A stretch of DNA of 62,082 nucleotides, counting the filler. It is 8 parts of 8 records of this genome, joined end to end, with 100 filler letters (N's around TTAATTAATTAA, not from the genome) between each part and the next. Parts side by side here need not be neighbours in the genome. Positions count along the whole stretch, not along the records: positions 41,726 to 45,272 come from SRR7504441_4647; positions 45,373 to 54,288 come from SRR7504441_4652; 6 more parts are not named here. One strand, 5' to 3'. Numbering within the stretch: the first letter of the stretch is position 1; each line of letters opens with the position of its first letter. Below the pieces are notes generated by a model. It was not told where the DNA came from and searched no databases. It worked only from the letters and a program-made list of their open reading frames with translations. The position numbers and the translations under genes are program-made. This document shows positions 43,659-54,388 of the stretch, piece after piece.

Positions 43659-43749
43659 CAGAGGATTACAGAGGATGAGCAAATGCTGTATATAAAATGC
43701 AAGGGATACTTAAGGAATTCGAACTTTGAAAATGACAGTAGTTATGATT

Positions 43750-44907
43750 TCAATCGTCAAACGGCTGCCATCCCCCGAGCACCGCACTCGGAGTGGCCCC
43801 GTTCAGCCCGAGACGCCGAATCGCCGGATCCTGGTCGCTCGAAACTTGGCGCGACCACTTAGCTCGCTGCGCGATCCGGTCGGCCGTCGCGCCCGGCCCG
43901 GTACTGCCAAACTCGAGATAGCTCACATTCTGGCACCAGCAGGAGCTGTCAGCTGCACAGCTGACTCCTCCTTTGGGCCCGCTGCTGCAGCCGTGCCCCC
44001 AGTCGTCCCACCTGCAAACCCAACGTCCGACCTAGCCGTTCAGGGTTATGGCGCACCCAAACGGCAGAATGTGCGAGTCCATGAAAGTGTTCCGGTACAG
44101 CACGGCAGCGAGAGGGCCCCATGGCCGCCCGAGATCCGTCCGTTGGGCTGCATGGCTTGGCGTGCCCGACTCCGGCCGTACTAGCGAGGAGTTGTAGAAC
44201 AAATACACGGCCCGGCCGCCGGGCGTAAGGCCGCCCCTAGCTGCGGTCACATGCCCTGTGATGGCGACTGTGCACCGGTCCCAAACCATAGTGCTGGTGC
44301 CGTAGATCGCGTCACAACTGCCATTCACAAAGCTCTCGAGCACATACTGCCGGGCCCCCGCCGGGCCCGCCGCAAACACAGTATCCTGCGCCCCGAGCAG
44401 CCTGGCGTGCCGGATGGCCACCCGGTCCGCCAGCAACTGCACCGACTCACTCTGGGCGGCCAACCGCGAGTTGTAACGGCAGGCGTCGTTGGCCACTGTC
44501 ATGTTGAGCAGCCGCAGTCCGGCGGCCTCGACCAGCAGGGTCTCGACTCCGCGGCTCATCCCGGCCCCAGGGTGCTGCGGGGCGCATGCCGGGTCGGCGC
44601 TCGCGTTGGAGCAGCCAGGGGTGCCGTCCCCCTGCGGGCAACAGTGGTACACCAGCACCGTCTCCTCGGGCGGCCCGAGACCGGTCAGCGTGAGCGGGCC
44701 CATCGAGCCGTTGATCCAAACTCGCTCGCGGTAGGTGCCAGCCTCGACCTCGACAGTCCACCGCTCGCGCTGCCCCGGCGGCACCAGCCGGAGCCCGGCC
44801 CCAATCGTGCCAGCGGCAGCGGCGGCCGACCGCCCGACCCGCACAGTTCTCGGCTGCAACGCCTCGGACCAGCCCAGGAGTGCCGCAAGCAGTACTGAAG
44901 CATGCAT
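43750..44907 (-). CDS. Secreted pectin methylesterase (CE8)
   Basis: Signal peptide. GTYRERV, GAQDTVF, GSCDAIYG, LGRPW. After a 45-nt intron, GWDDW and YLEFGSTGPGA. Confidence 0.88.
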
Positions 44908-44963
44908 CCGCACCACACCCCGCGCCGAGAAAGCAGCGGGCAAGCCTGCGTTCATCATCAGGC
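44908..44963. promoter_or_regulatory. Putative 56-bp bidirectional promoter shared by CE8 and alginate-lyase-like genes
   Basis: Lies between ATGs that each begin a signal peptide. Confidence 0.5.
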
Positions 44964-45272
44964 ATGCAACTGGTGGGGTGCCTGGTCCTTGGAGCACTGC
45001 TGGCCGGGCTGGCAGCCGGCGGGTTCGTGCACCCCGGGGTGCTGGTGACGCTGCCGATGCTCCAGAGGATTCGCTCCGACGTGGTTGGCCGGGTGGCCCC
45101 GCGCTTCGCAGCCTACCAGGCGGCGCTCTCCCAGGCCACTGCGGCCTACGGTGGGATGCCCCCGGTGCACCTGGCCTCGCTCGGCTACCAGCCGCACCCG
45201 CAGCAGCTGCAGAGCAACGGTTCCGGAATCACCGCGTTCCGCGAGGATAGCCTGGCCGCCTACACGCACGCG
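44964..45272 (+). CDS. Secreted alginate-lyase-family (alpha/alpha toroid) protein, 5' fragment
   Basis: Signal peptide then FVHPGVLVT..L..IR and EDSLAAYTHA. Cut by the contig edge. Confidence 0.65.
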
Positions 45273-45372
45273 NNNNNNNNNNNNNNNNNNNNNNNNNNNN
45301 NNNNNNNNNNNNNNNNTTAATTAATTAANNNNNNNNNNNNNNNNNNNNNNNNNNNNNNNNNNNNNNNNNNNN
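45273..45372. other. Artificial contig linker
   Basis: N44-TTAATTAATTAA-N44. Confidence 0.98.
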
Positions 45373-48249
45373 TAGCAATGGCTGCTTGGCCTTTTTGAAG
45401 TGCAGTGTGGATCTTGGAAGCAAGCAAGTGGACCTGCACTCGTCTCAGGTGCGGACAGTCATTCAGTCACCTGGCTGATCTCATAGTCGACCTTCTCTTT
45501 CACCCGAGGCTTGATTGTTCTATCATCCAGAGCTGGTTGGTGTTTTAGCCTGCGAATTAAATCCTCCAGAAGCGAAATAGAGGTGTCCCAGCCTTCTGGG
45601 CGCAGGGCCTGCCAAATCACTTAGTCACAGCCCATTATCTGCTTATGCTTGCCTCTTCACGAGAGAATGGCTTCGACATGCCCTTCCAAGCTTCCCTGAC
45701 TGACGAAACTAAAGTTTTCAACTTCGAAACAGCCTTGCATGTTGATACCGAACCACAATCGAGGAAGCCTAAGACAAGCTGGTGCACAGAGGTGCGAGAA
45801 CTGTCCAGATCCTGTCCAACGCTCTCGTAAACAATGTTATCAAGCTTCTCTAGCATGTTGTCTGTGTCCTCAAGGCTGTGATTTACCACTTTGACCAAAA
45901 GCAACTCTTCAACTCCAGCGAGCACTTGAGAAGCCCATGTACCCTCTTCAAACCTTTCCGATTGTATCAACACCTGGTCACAGATTGGTGCAAGCGGTTT
46001 TCATTGCTCTGGCACCTTCGTAAGAGAATCCATGTGTCTTTGTACTTGTTGGAGCAGGCCAAGAGACGAAGATAGCCGCGCCCCATCAAGGGTGGTCAGG
46101 GACAATCGGGTTTCATCATCGGTCACGGCAAACTGTTCGCTTGCATTCTCGTCTGCGCGATACACCTCCCGCAGCAGCACCTTCATGGCCTGTGAGAGAC
46201 ATGTTAGCAGATCAGAGCAAGCAGCTAGCTACAGTGTCAAGCCGTTCGCGATGCTTCGTAGCTCGGTCCTTCTGATTCTTGAGACCCAGGGCTGGTTTCA
46301 GTCTTACGGCTGCAGCAATAGCCACTGCGAGTTTTTTGTGTGATGGAAACCCTTCCATTTTGTTATGAGCGCGGAGACGTTCTCCCATCTGCATTAGTTC
46401 TTGCTGCATTTCAACAATGCTCTTGGTAGTCTCTTTCAGCTGTATCTCGCGCTCTGCAACAATGTGCTCTAGCCGCAGTTGTTTGGGCATCATGCGAACG
46501 ACAGTCCGTTGCCAATCTGTAACCTGTCGTGTCTCGATAGAGTCGTAGCTGTGAGTTTGCAAGGAGTCCAACACAAGTGCCGTTGTTCTTTTCGAGTCAT
46601 CTAGCAACTGTCGAACCTGCATGCTCTGGTTACACAGGCTTTGGATCAAACTTACCATCAGCTTATGATATTCCACGACCAACTGATTGCAGGCTAGCGT
46701 TATTTCGGTGGCCCTTTGGAGTGCCCCACAACTCAAAAGCTCGTTCACAGCCGTCACTGCTTCAGTTTCGCAGTTCCGCAACCGATCTACCTCATCTGAG
46801 ACCTGCCAGTAGCAACCGTTGGATATTACCCAGAAGATGGCATGCCTGGCGAAACACGCGCTCCCCTTTGCGTGCCGCGACCAACTGAGTTCTCAGCATA
46901 ATTGCTGTATCGACACAGCGTGCAGGCAACGCGAGCTCATGCTGCGTCGAGGACATCGTCATTTCTAGAAGAGGCTCAAGCACCTGAACAGCACCAATGT
47001 TTTAATGCCAACATTATTGTGGTCACCGGCTCTAGAGCGAGCTCTGATCGCGTCAATGAAACCTGAAACCATCCCAGTTCCTGGGCAACGCCTCAGTGGG
47101 GGAGCACAGCACAGGAGCAGGGACCTTCTTGAGCTGCTCAAGGGTCCGATACAGGTCCATTAGGATTACAATCGTCTCCCGAGCGAGCAGATTGTCATTT
47201 AATAACCCCGCCACCGCCTGCCACAGGTGAATCAACCGATGCGACACCGGCTACCTGTAGCGCAGTCTCAAGCTCGATCAAGCTTGGCATCGGTACTCTG
47301 TGTAGGCAGCTCCCTGCTGGTGGTTTGTGCTCTTCTGTCATTCTTTCCCAGACCTCGGTGAAAGGTTGTGACGCCCTGCAGCGGCAGTCAGGTCGGGCGC
47401 CAGAGAGTGGACTGACTCCTTAAAAGCTTCAAGTGCGAGAACGGGATTTACAGATGTGCCGTCCTCGGTAGATCGCAGTTGCATTAGAGACAGCATCGAG
47501 TGGTACTGCTTCTGGTGCCCGTGGGTCATCAGAAGCGTGCGTGCCTGCCCCGGGCTGGATCGGCGCCCGATGGCGTCACTACCTCCCGCCTTACAGCACG
47601 TCCTCGCAGCCCAGCCTGCAAAATTCGGACAGAATTGATATCAATTTCGGGTTCCTACCCCCGGCCATCTCACAAGTCCCGGCGCATGCCCTTGTGGGGA
47701 CCTGAATTGGCACTGGCGGATCCAGGATCGCGTCCTGTGGCCACCCAGCTCGCACACCGGGTGGATTAGGGTTAGATTGCCTGCACAGTACGGCTGACCG
47801 AGAGCATCGCGCCTCGCTCCCGCTGCGCAGTGGCATAGCACTCAGCCATGACGTCCTCCCAGCACCGGAACGTCATTTCGCCCTGCCGACCTTCAGCCAC
47901 CCAGCCCCGGGGTCCCCTACCGCCAGGTGCGCACGGACGCGAGGTCCGAACTGCTCTGAAGGCTCCACCGGCGGGGCCGGGCTCTTGGCACCGAGCTCCC
48001 GGGCGGTGAGTGCGGCTGGCAGCCGGTAGGTGGCGGTCCGGCGGATCCTGGCCGGTGTCGCCGGGTCGAGGCCGGGCTGGACCTGCGGAGCGTGCCGTGG
48101 GCCACGGCGATAGTCCGGTCCGGGGCGTACTCGGCAGCCGCCAGGTCGGCTCGGGTGTCAGCCAGCAGCCGCTCCAGCCGGCCCAGCTCCCCGTCGATCT
48201 GCCGGACCGTCGCTGCCGACGAGCTCGGAGCTCGGACCCGCCGGCGCAT
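45373..48249 (-). CDS. Large multi-exon helical/coiled-coil hypothetical protein; 3'-truncated
   Basis: Chain of same-strand ORFs (47917, 47338, 47053, 46792, 46212, 46001, 45635) separated by intron-sized gaps. Start uncertain. Confidence 0.55.
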
Positions 48250-48333
48250 CAGCCCGCTGCCCTGAGAGCCAATCGGGCTGATTTGGGGTTCATAACGGAT
48301 TACGAGCTGCCCGATTGCTTCAAAGGCACTGTC

Positions 48334-49439
48334 ATGCACCACGGCTGGCCGCTCGATGACGACCGGACCGGGCACAGCCCGCCGACCTTCCTGGAGGACG
48401 CGCCCTCGCGCACGCATTTCAGCCCGAACGAGCTCCGGGGCGAGATCTTCGAGCTCACCGCGGTGCGCCCGCCCCGCGGCTGCGGCTCAGTGCGGTCAGG
48501 CGGCGCTGGCCATCCGAGGGGAGGACGCCCAGCTTAGCCTGGGGGAGGTGGAGACGGTGGTGCACGCGGTGCAGGCCCGAGGTGCCCACCCGGGATCGGG
48601 TCGGCGGGAGGGTTTGGGTCAGGGATCCTTGATGCACACCAGGCGGCGGAGCTGGTTCGGCTGATAAACCGCCGGGGCTGGGCTGATTGGGAGGGCAGCC
48701 ACCCGAGGCGGAGATGGTCCGTTGGTACGGCGAGGTGCGGCCCGTTCGGCCGGGCTGAGGGGCTTGGTCGTGCAGCATAGAATCACGCAGCACTGGTTGG
48801 AGCTGATTTGTCTGCTCGCCACACGCCCTGACGAGGCACGCGCCCGGGGCCGGGGCTGGGGCTCACGGCGCCCAGGGCTGCAGCCAGCCGACGCTGTCCG
48901 TTGAGCAAATGGTGCAGTACCTCAAAGCGCGAGTGCTCCAGCGCTACTGGAGCACGGTGCGGGCCTCGGTCAGCTGCCAGGCAGCCGGGGCTTCAGGGGC
49001 TGATCCGCAAGACGCAAGCGATAGTGGAGCGGTACCAGGCCACGCTCGGGTGCCAGAACTCGGCGTTTGAGCATTTCAAAGCTAACCTGGTGGCCTGGCG
49101 CCGCTCTGTGCTGGTTTAAGCAGCTGCTGGCAGGACTCGCTGTGTGGGGAGATGCGTAGGCTGCCGTCCAAGCGGTTCGGAGCAAGGAGTATAGATGGGG
49201 ATGGGCTGGGGCTGCCGATTAGACATATAGAAGGGGACAAGGAGTTGCTGGCGCGGTGCGGGTGCAAGGGGGGCGAGAGGGACAGCGGTAGCGACAGCAG
49301 CGCCGATATGGATATAGGATACCAGTACAAATTCAAGAAGCCGCAAAAGCTGGAGGCCCAGAAGAGCAGAGCCCCGGATATCAAGCGAATCCCGCGCACG
49401 CCAAATCACAGGCGTTGCCAAGCATGCAAACTCATGTGA
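48334..49439 (+). CDS. Hypothetical protein (spliced)
   Basis: Short introns, including GC-AG 48836-48875, join successive ORFs ending RCQACKLM-TGA. Start uncertain. Confidence 0.5.
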
Positions 49440-49614
49440 TTCAGTGAAGTCCAAAATGTATGAACACAGACTTAGCAAATGTACAGAATTTGTAGTTTCT
49501 ATGCGAATTGATATGCCAATGTGCGTGCTCGTTGGACGGCGCCTGCATGCCTATACATAGTCGTTCCGACTTTAATTAATCAATCCTCTTATCACACGCT
49601 CGGCTGAAAGTGAC

Positions 49615-50319
49615 TCAATGCGTGTACCTCAGGATCGAGTAGGGCGCCTGAATCGCCCGGATCCGGTTACTCAGTTCCGTCACCATAAACACGTCCGACC
49701 GCTTAATCGGCACCTGGAAGCTCCGGATATCCGCCCGGCCCACCACCCCGAGATGCATCATCGTCCGTCTGAGCAGCTGGCCAGTTAGCAAAACCGCCAG
49801 CCCAATTAAATAAAACACGATCGGGGCAGCCTCAAACCCCAACTGGTAGCTGTCAGACACGTGAAGCCCCATCTTCTCGTAGTTGACCACTCCGCCCAGG
49901 ATTAGTACCCCCCCGATCGCCATCAGCATTGGCGGAAACTCCTCCTTCACCACCGCCACGCAACTGATGTCCTTGACCCAGGCGTCCACCGGGGCGCCCC
50001 GGAGGCAAGCCAGGTCCGGGATGCACCGGGCGCTGGCCGGCCAGAGCACCACCCTGTAGTTCGTCAGCTGCAGCGTCTCCTCGATTTGAGTGATCACCTT
50101 CTCCCCTGCTAGCCCCAGCCGCCCCCCCAGCAGGATGAGCTCCTCCCTGCCGGGCTGTGCCCCAATGTACCGGTCGCCGGGTGATCCTGGCGTCCCGGGC
50201 GTCCCGGGCGACCCCGGCGTCCGCTCCGAACTGGCAGCGCCCCTGGCATCGCCGCGAGGGGTGGCCAATCGGTTCAGGTCTATCCGCGGCAGCGGTCGGC
50301 GGCTGCGGGGCCCCGACAT
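49615..50319 (-). CDS. Hypothetical two-TM membrane protein
   Basis: LQLTNYRVV, then hydrophobic PPMLMAIGGVLILGGVV and PIVFYLIGLAVLLTG. Single ORF. Confidence 0.65.
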   Translation of the reverse strand: MSGPRSRRPLPRIDLNRLATPRGDARGAASSERTPGSPGTPGTPGSPGDRYIGAQPGREELILLGGRLGLAGEKVITQIEETLQLTNYRVVLWPASARCIPDLACLRGAPVDAWVKDISCVAVVKEEFPPMLMAIGGVLILGGVVNYEKMGLHVSDSYQLGFEAAPIVFYLIGLAVLLTGQLLRRTMMHLGVVGRADIRSFQVPIKRSDVFMVTELSNRIRAIQAPYSILRYTH

Positions 50320-50500
50320 GCCGCCGCGGTGCGCCGCTGCTCGAAGGCTCGCGCTAGCTAGCTTTCCCTACTCTAGAGACTACCTCGGCCAGCCGGGTTG
50401 TCGTGACTGATGAGCACGGCCATGCCATCAAAGCCCGGCAAATAAAAAATAATAATCCAATCCGGGTCCACTGCGCTGCGGACCGCTCGCCAGCTCTGCC

Positions 50501-51928
50501 ATGCCGAGCCGACGGAACACCCCGCCGCCGGGCCGGCCCGAGGCCGGTATAGCGTACGGCTCGCTGGTACAGGCCGGGGTATCGCCGGTCTCCCAGTGGG
50601 ATGATGAGCTCAGCCTGGCGGCCAAGCGGCACTTTGCGTCCGAGGCCCGCGGCCGGTGCTTCGTGATCGGGGTCGGAATGACCAAGTTTAGCCGACCGGG
50701 CAAGCAGCCCGCAGACTACCCCGAGATGGCGGCCGCCGCGGCCACTGAGGCGCTCCGACACGCTGGGGTCGAGTACGGGGCCGTCGGGGCCGCGGTATGC
50801 GGTTCGGTCTATTCCGACTCCACCGCGGGGCAAGCATGCGTGTACCAGCTGGGCATGACAGGGATACCTGTGCTCAACGTGAATAACAACTGCGCCACCG
50901 GGTCCACTGCGCTGTGGACTGCTCGCCAGCTCTGCCAGGCCGGTGAGGGGTGCGTGCTGGCGCTAGGCTTCGAGAAGACCCCGGGCGGGCTCCAGACTAT
51001 GTTTACTGACCGAGAGCACCCGGCCGCCCGGCACCTGGCCGCCATGGCCCAGGCGGGGGTGCCGGGCCCGTCTGACAAGTCCAGGCTGCCCAAGATGACC
51101 CAGGCGGTACTGAATGTGTATGCGCAAGCCGCCAAGCGACACATGGAGAAGCACGGCACTACTCTCGAGCAGTTTGCTAGAGTCAGCCACAAGAACCACC
51201 GGCACAGCATCAACAACCCGAACGCCCAGATCCGGGCGCCGCTCTCGGTGCAAGACGTGCTCAGCTCGCCTGTGCTGGCGCCGCCGCTGACTGCGGCCAT
51301 GGCTGCCCCTCTCGGGGATGGCGCGGCGGCCGTGGTGCTGTGCAGCCACAAGTTCCTGCAAGCCCACCCCGAGTTGCGGGCCGGCGCCGTTGAGATTGTA
51401 GCCCAAGCCATGACCTCTGACACGGCCCGCACCTTCGATCCTGCCGACAGCGATGCGTGCGTCGCCAACCTTTGTGGGTACGATCTTAGCGAGCGTGCGG
51501 CCAAGCAGGTGTACGCCTTGGCGGGGGTCGGGCCGGAGGCAGTGGACGTATTTGAGATCCACGACGCGTTTGCTTCAAACGAGCTGGCCACTTATGAGGC
51601 GCTTGGGCTGTGTGCGCCTGGGGGCGGGGGCGAGCTGATAGATGGAGCCAGCTGGGAGCCCAACAAGGCTGGGGCAGAACTGTGTCGGATGGGCCGGCGG
51701 CGGCAGTGGGTGGTGAACCCGTCGGGCGGGCTCGAGAGCAAGGGGCACCCGGTGGGGGCAACCGGTCTAGCGCAGTGCGCAGAGCTCGTGTGGCAGCTGC
51801 GCGGTGAGGCAGGTAAGAGACAAGTGGACGGAGCGAGTGTGGCCTTGCAGCACAACTATGGCTGGGCGTCGGCCGCAGTTGTCACTCTCTATCGCAAAGT
51901 ATCGGACCTTGCGCCTGCCCGATTGTGA
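50501..51928 (+). CDS. SCP2/SCPx-type thiolase (no SCP2 domain), peroxisomal PTS1 -ARL
   Basis: IGVGMTKF, NVNNNCATGSTA, LGFEK, KNHRHSINNPNAQ, EIHDAFASNE, NPSGGLESKGHPVGATG, LQHNYG. Confidence 0.92.
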   Translation: MPSRRNTPPPGRPEAGIAYGSLVQAGVSPVSQWDDELSLAAKRHFASEARGRCFVIGVGMTKFSRPGKQPADYPEMAAAAATEALRHAGVEYGAVGAAVCGSVYSDSTAGQACVYQLGMTGIPVLNVNNNCATGSTALWTARQLCQAGEGCVLALGFEKTPGGLQTMFTDREHPAARHLAAMAQAGVPGPSDKSRLPKMTQAVLNVYAQAAKRHMEKHGTTLEQFARVSHKNHRHSINNPNAQIRAPLSVQDVLSSPVLAPPLTAAMAAPLGDGAAAVVLCSHKFLQAHPELRAGAVEIVAQAMTSDTARTFDPADSDACVANLCGYDLSERAAKQVYALAGVGPEAVDVFEIHDAFASNELATYEALGLCAPGGGGELIDGASWEPNKAGAELCRMGRRRQWVVNPSGGLESKGHPVGATGLAQCAELVWQLRGEAGKRQVDGASVALQHNYGWASAAVVTLYRKVSDLAPARL

Positions 51929-52061
51929 CCAAATCAGACTATGATCAATCCTGTCAATAGAGTGCCTATATAAAATTATGTACAAGTAATAAATTCATCA
52001 GGATCAGAAACCTTGCTATGCATGTTCTAGGCTAATCCTGGGCATGTACATGTACGAGTAT

Positions 52062-53423
52062 CTAAATCATGGAATGCTCATAAGTCATATTGGTGATCAA
52101 TGCGATCTGCACAGCCGACTCCGAATTGCCGTTGTGCCCGTGCCGAGGCTCACCAGCAATGCAAATCACATGGGTTCCGTTGGTGCCACAGTGCGAAGTG
52201 ATGCACCCGTAGACCAACTTGCCCACTCGAGACCACTTGCTGAGCTCCGTGTCGAAAGCAAGCACGTCATCCCCGTAATATGTTAGTACCCCACTTCCGA
52301 GCCCCATATCCGGCACCCCACCAAGGGCCTTGCCGCATGCGGGATCATGTCCGCAGTTGACACCTACCCTGAACGAATTCTTCCCGTGCGTGCTGCCTAG
52401 CGACAGAAGATACCGATCTTGCAGCACCGCCGTGCCTCCGAACTCAATATGGTAAGGCGCGTCGGGTATTCGCTCCCAGCTGTCTGCGGTCGGGTCGTAC
52501 CGCCAGCACGCCCGAATCAATTTGCCCCCGTTTGTGCCCTCCACGATGGGCACTGGCAGTCCGAGGCTGAAAAGGGCGCTCCAAGCCGACATCCCACCAA
52601 CAGACCCACGCCATCCTCCGAGCACGTACAACTTGCCCTTGACAACAGCCGTGTTGGGAGCGTCCAACCCGCCCCCGGGGAATGGCGCCATCGGCTGCCA
52701 TCCGGCGGCCAGGTCGTCGAGCCGCAGTCGGTACGACGGTATGGTTAGAGGCTCGCTGGTCGGGTCGCCCATGGTCCTGAGGCTGCTCAGCTGAAACTTA
52801 GAGGTATTGGTGCCGGTGGTGATCATCAGCCACCCATCGGCCACCCCAGCCGCCCCGAGCCAGCGCCATCCGTCGGCTGGCAAAGCTGGGAGAGAGCTCC
52901 ACTCCCACCTTCCGTCGGGTCCCCGGGCCAGTCGGGCCACGCTCCGCCCCTTGCCTGGACCGGAAGTCTCCCGGCCGCCCACCAAGTAAAGCGCCTGGTC
53001 GGTGCACGTGCCGGTCCCCCGTGTCTGCACAAAGGGCGGGGCCGGCAGCGCGCTCCAGCTGTTGGTGGCTGTGTTGTAGCTCATCGTCAGGTTGTAGCTG
53101 GACTGCCCCCCCCGGAGGGAAGTCCAGATGCCACCCGAAATAACGAACTCAGCCCCGATCCAACAGCCCACTCCGTCTTTCTGGCCGTACAGAGGGTTGT
53201 CCTGCCCGAGACTCCAGTCCAGGCTCACTGGAGGGTTGTCCGACACCCCGCTCACGTCGTCGCTGAACGGGGTGGCCGCCAAATAGGCGTTCCAGGCCCG
53301 GGTGAGCGCCAGGTTCTGCGAGTCGTTACGCCAAGCGTAAGGCGCCTCCCCTGGCAGCGAGCCGTAGGGTGCCCCGGTGGCATAAGCAAGCGCGAGCCAA
53401 CCCACGAGCAGTCCGCCGAGCAT
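52062..53423 (-). CDS. Secreted Kelch-repeat beta-propeller protein; intronless
   Basis: Signal peptide MLGGLLVGWLALAYATG. FVISGG, YNTATNSWS.LP, LYLVGG, KLYVLGG, YDPTADSWE, FDTELSKWS. Confidence 0.82.
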   Translation of the reverse strand: MLGGLLVGWLALAYATGAPYGSLPGEAPYAWRNDSQNLALTRAWNAYLAATPFSDDVSGVSDNPPVSLDWSLGQDNPLYGQKDGVGCWIGAEFVISGGIWTSLRGGQSSYNLTMSYNTATNSWSALPAPPFVQTRGTGTCTDQALYLVGGRETSGPGKGRSVARLARGPDGRWEWSSLPALPADGWRWLGAAGVADGWLMITTGTNTSKFQLSSLRTMGDPTSEPLTIPSYRLRLDDLAAGWQPMAPFPGGGLDAPNTAVVKGKLYVLGGWRGSVGGMSAWSALFSLGLPVPIVEGTNGGKLIRACWRYDPTADSWERIPDAPYHIEFGGTAVLQDRYLLSLGSTHGKNSFRVGVNCGHDPACGKALGGVPDMGLGSGVLTYYGDDVLAFDTELSKWSRVGKLVYGCITSHCGTNGTHVICIAGEPRHGHNGNSESAVQIALITNMTYEHSMI

Positions 53424-53512
53424 CTCCCAGCTTGTCCGTTTTTTAACGGAAGCCTGTCCGGAGCCTTGGACCGGGGTTGTGCCAGGGGCTCTGGGCGGAG
53501 CTCGAGGAACGG

Positions 53513-53899
53513 ATGCTGCCGCCCGAACCTTGCGACTGCCCACCCGGACGCCGGACAGGGCTGCACTGGGTGCCGCAGGACTCGGAGGCGCTGCAGGCAT
53601 ACAGCCTGCTGACCACCGCACCGGTCCCGCTGACTCCCGGCACCCTGAGGGCCAGGCTGGCGCACCTGTTCGCCGGCCGGCCCGGCTGCCAGATGGCCGA
53701 GCGGCTGTGTGCGGCTCTCAGCCGGCGGTCGGCTCCGCTGACCTGGCAGCGGTTTGAGCCGCTGTATTATTCGGTCTGGCTCGACGCTCCAGACCAGCAC
53801 CTGCCCCTTGGCCTAGGGCCGGGCCCGCTCGATGCTAGGCTGGACGAGCACCTGCGCACTCGCCGATTCCGCCTCCGGAATGTGCACAGTGCTGAATAG
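53513..53899 (+). CDS. Small hypothetical protein
   Basis: 128-aa ORF divergent from the Kelch gene, followed by an AT-rich spacer. Confidence 0.5.
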   Translation: MLPPEPCDCPPGRRTGLHWVPQDSEALQAYSLLTTAPVPLTPGTLRARLAHLFAGRPGCQMAERLCAALSRRSAPLTWQRFEPLYYSVWLDAPDQHLPLGLGPGPLDARLDEHLRTRRFRLRNVHSAE

Positions 53900-54122
53900 T
53901 TTTGAGAAGGGCACATGGATGTCTGCACACAGACAACTGCCACCCAACCAATAAATACGAGTACGGTACGTACAGTAAGCAATTGTGGCCACAATTGTGC
54001 TTATTGTTTTGATTTGACACGGATAAATTACATGTACCGAAATATTTCGAATGTACAATTCACTTATAGATTATATAGGCATGACATCACAGCTGAGTTA
54101 CTTGCCTCACATCTCAAGAGCC

Positions 54123-54287
54123 CTAACCTAGCCCACTGAGTAGACCGCCGAGACATTGACAGCAACAATCGCCAAAGCCCTCACAGCACTCTCCACAATC
54201 GATATCGCCGATGCAGTCTGCAGTGTTACCGCAGCAATCGCCTATACTACCCCAGCACTCGCCACAGCATTCTCCGAACCCGTTGCA
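54123..54287 (-). CDS. Cys/Gly-rich C-terminal fragment (absent from the ORF track)
   Basis: Minus frame from the contig edge reads CNGFGECCGECWGSIGDCCGNTADCIGDIDCGECCEGFGDCCCQCLGGLLSGLG-TAG. Confidence 0.65.
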   Translation of the reverse strand, partial: CNGFGECCGECWGSIGDCCGNTADCIGDIDCGECCEGFGDCCCQCLGGLLSGLG

Positions 54288-54288
54288 G

Positions 54289-54388
54289 NNNNNNNNNNNN
54301 NNNNNNNNNNNNNNNNNNNNNNNNNNNNNNNNTTAATTAATTAANNNNNNNNNNNNNNNNNNNNNNNNNNNNNNNNNNNNNNNNNNNN
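54289..54388. other. Artificial contig linker
   Basis: N44-TTAATTAATTAA-N44. Confidence 0.98.

Noticed and set aside
20777-45272. Bacterial contamination or operons as the source of the intronless CAZyme genes
   Set aside because: The same contigs carry host-type short introns, alternate strands like the rest of the window, and show no operon-like co-orientation.
54121-54131. CCCTAACCTA telomere-like sequence
   Set aside because: It is a single copy overlapping a stop codon, with no array.
15228-54388. Seven identical TTAATTAATTAA motifs flanked by N runs
   Set aside because: These are artificial six-frame-stop linkers. Genes on either side are not neighbours, and ORFs running into X residues are artefacts.
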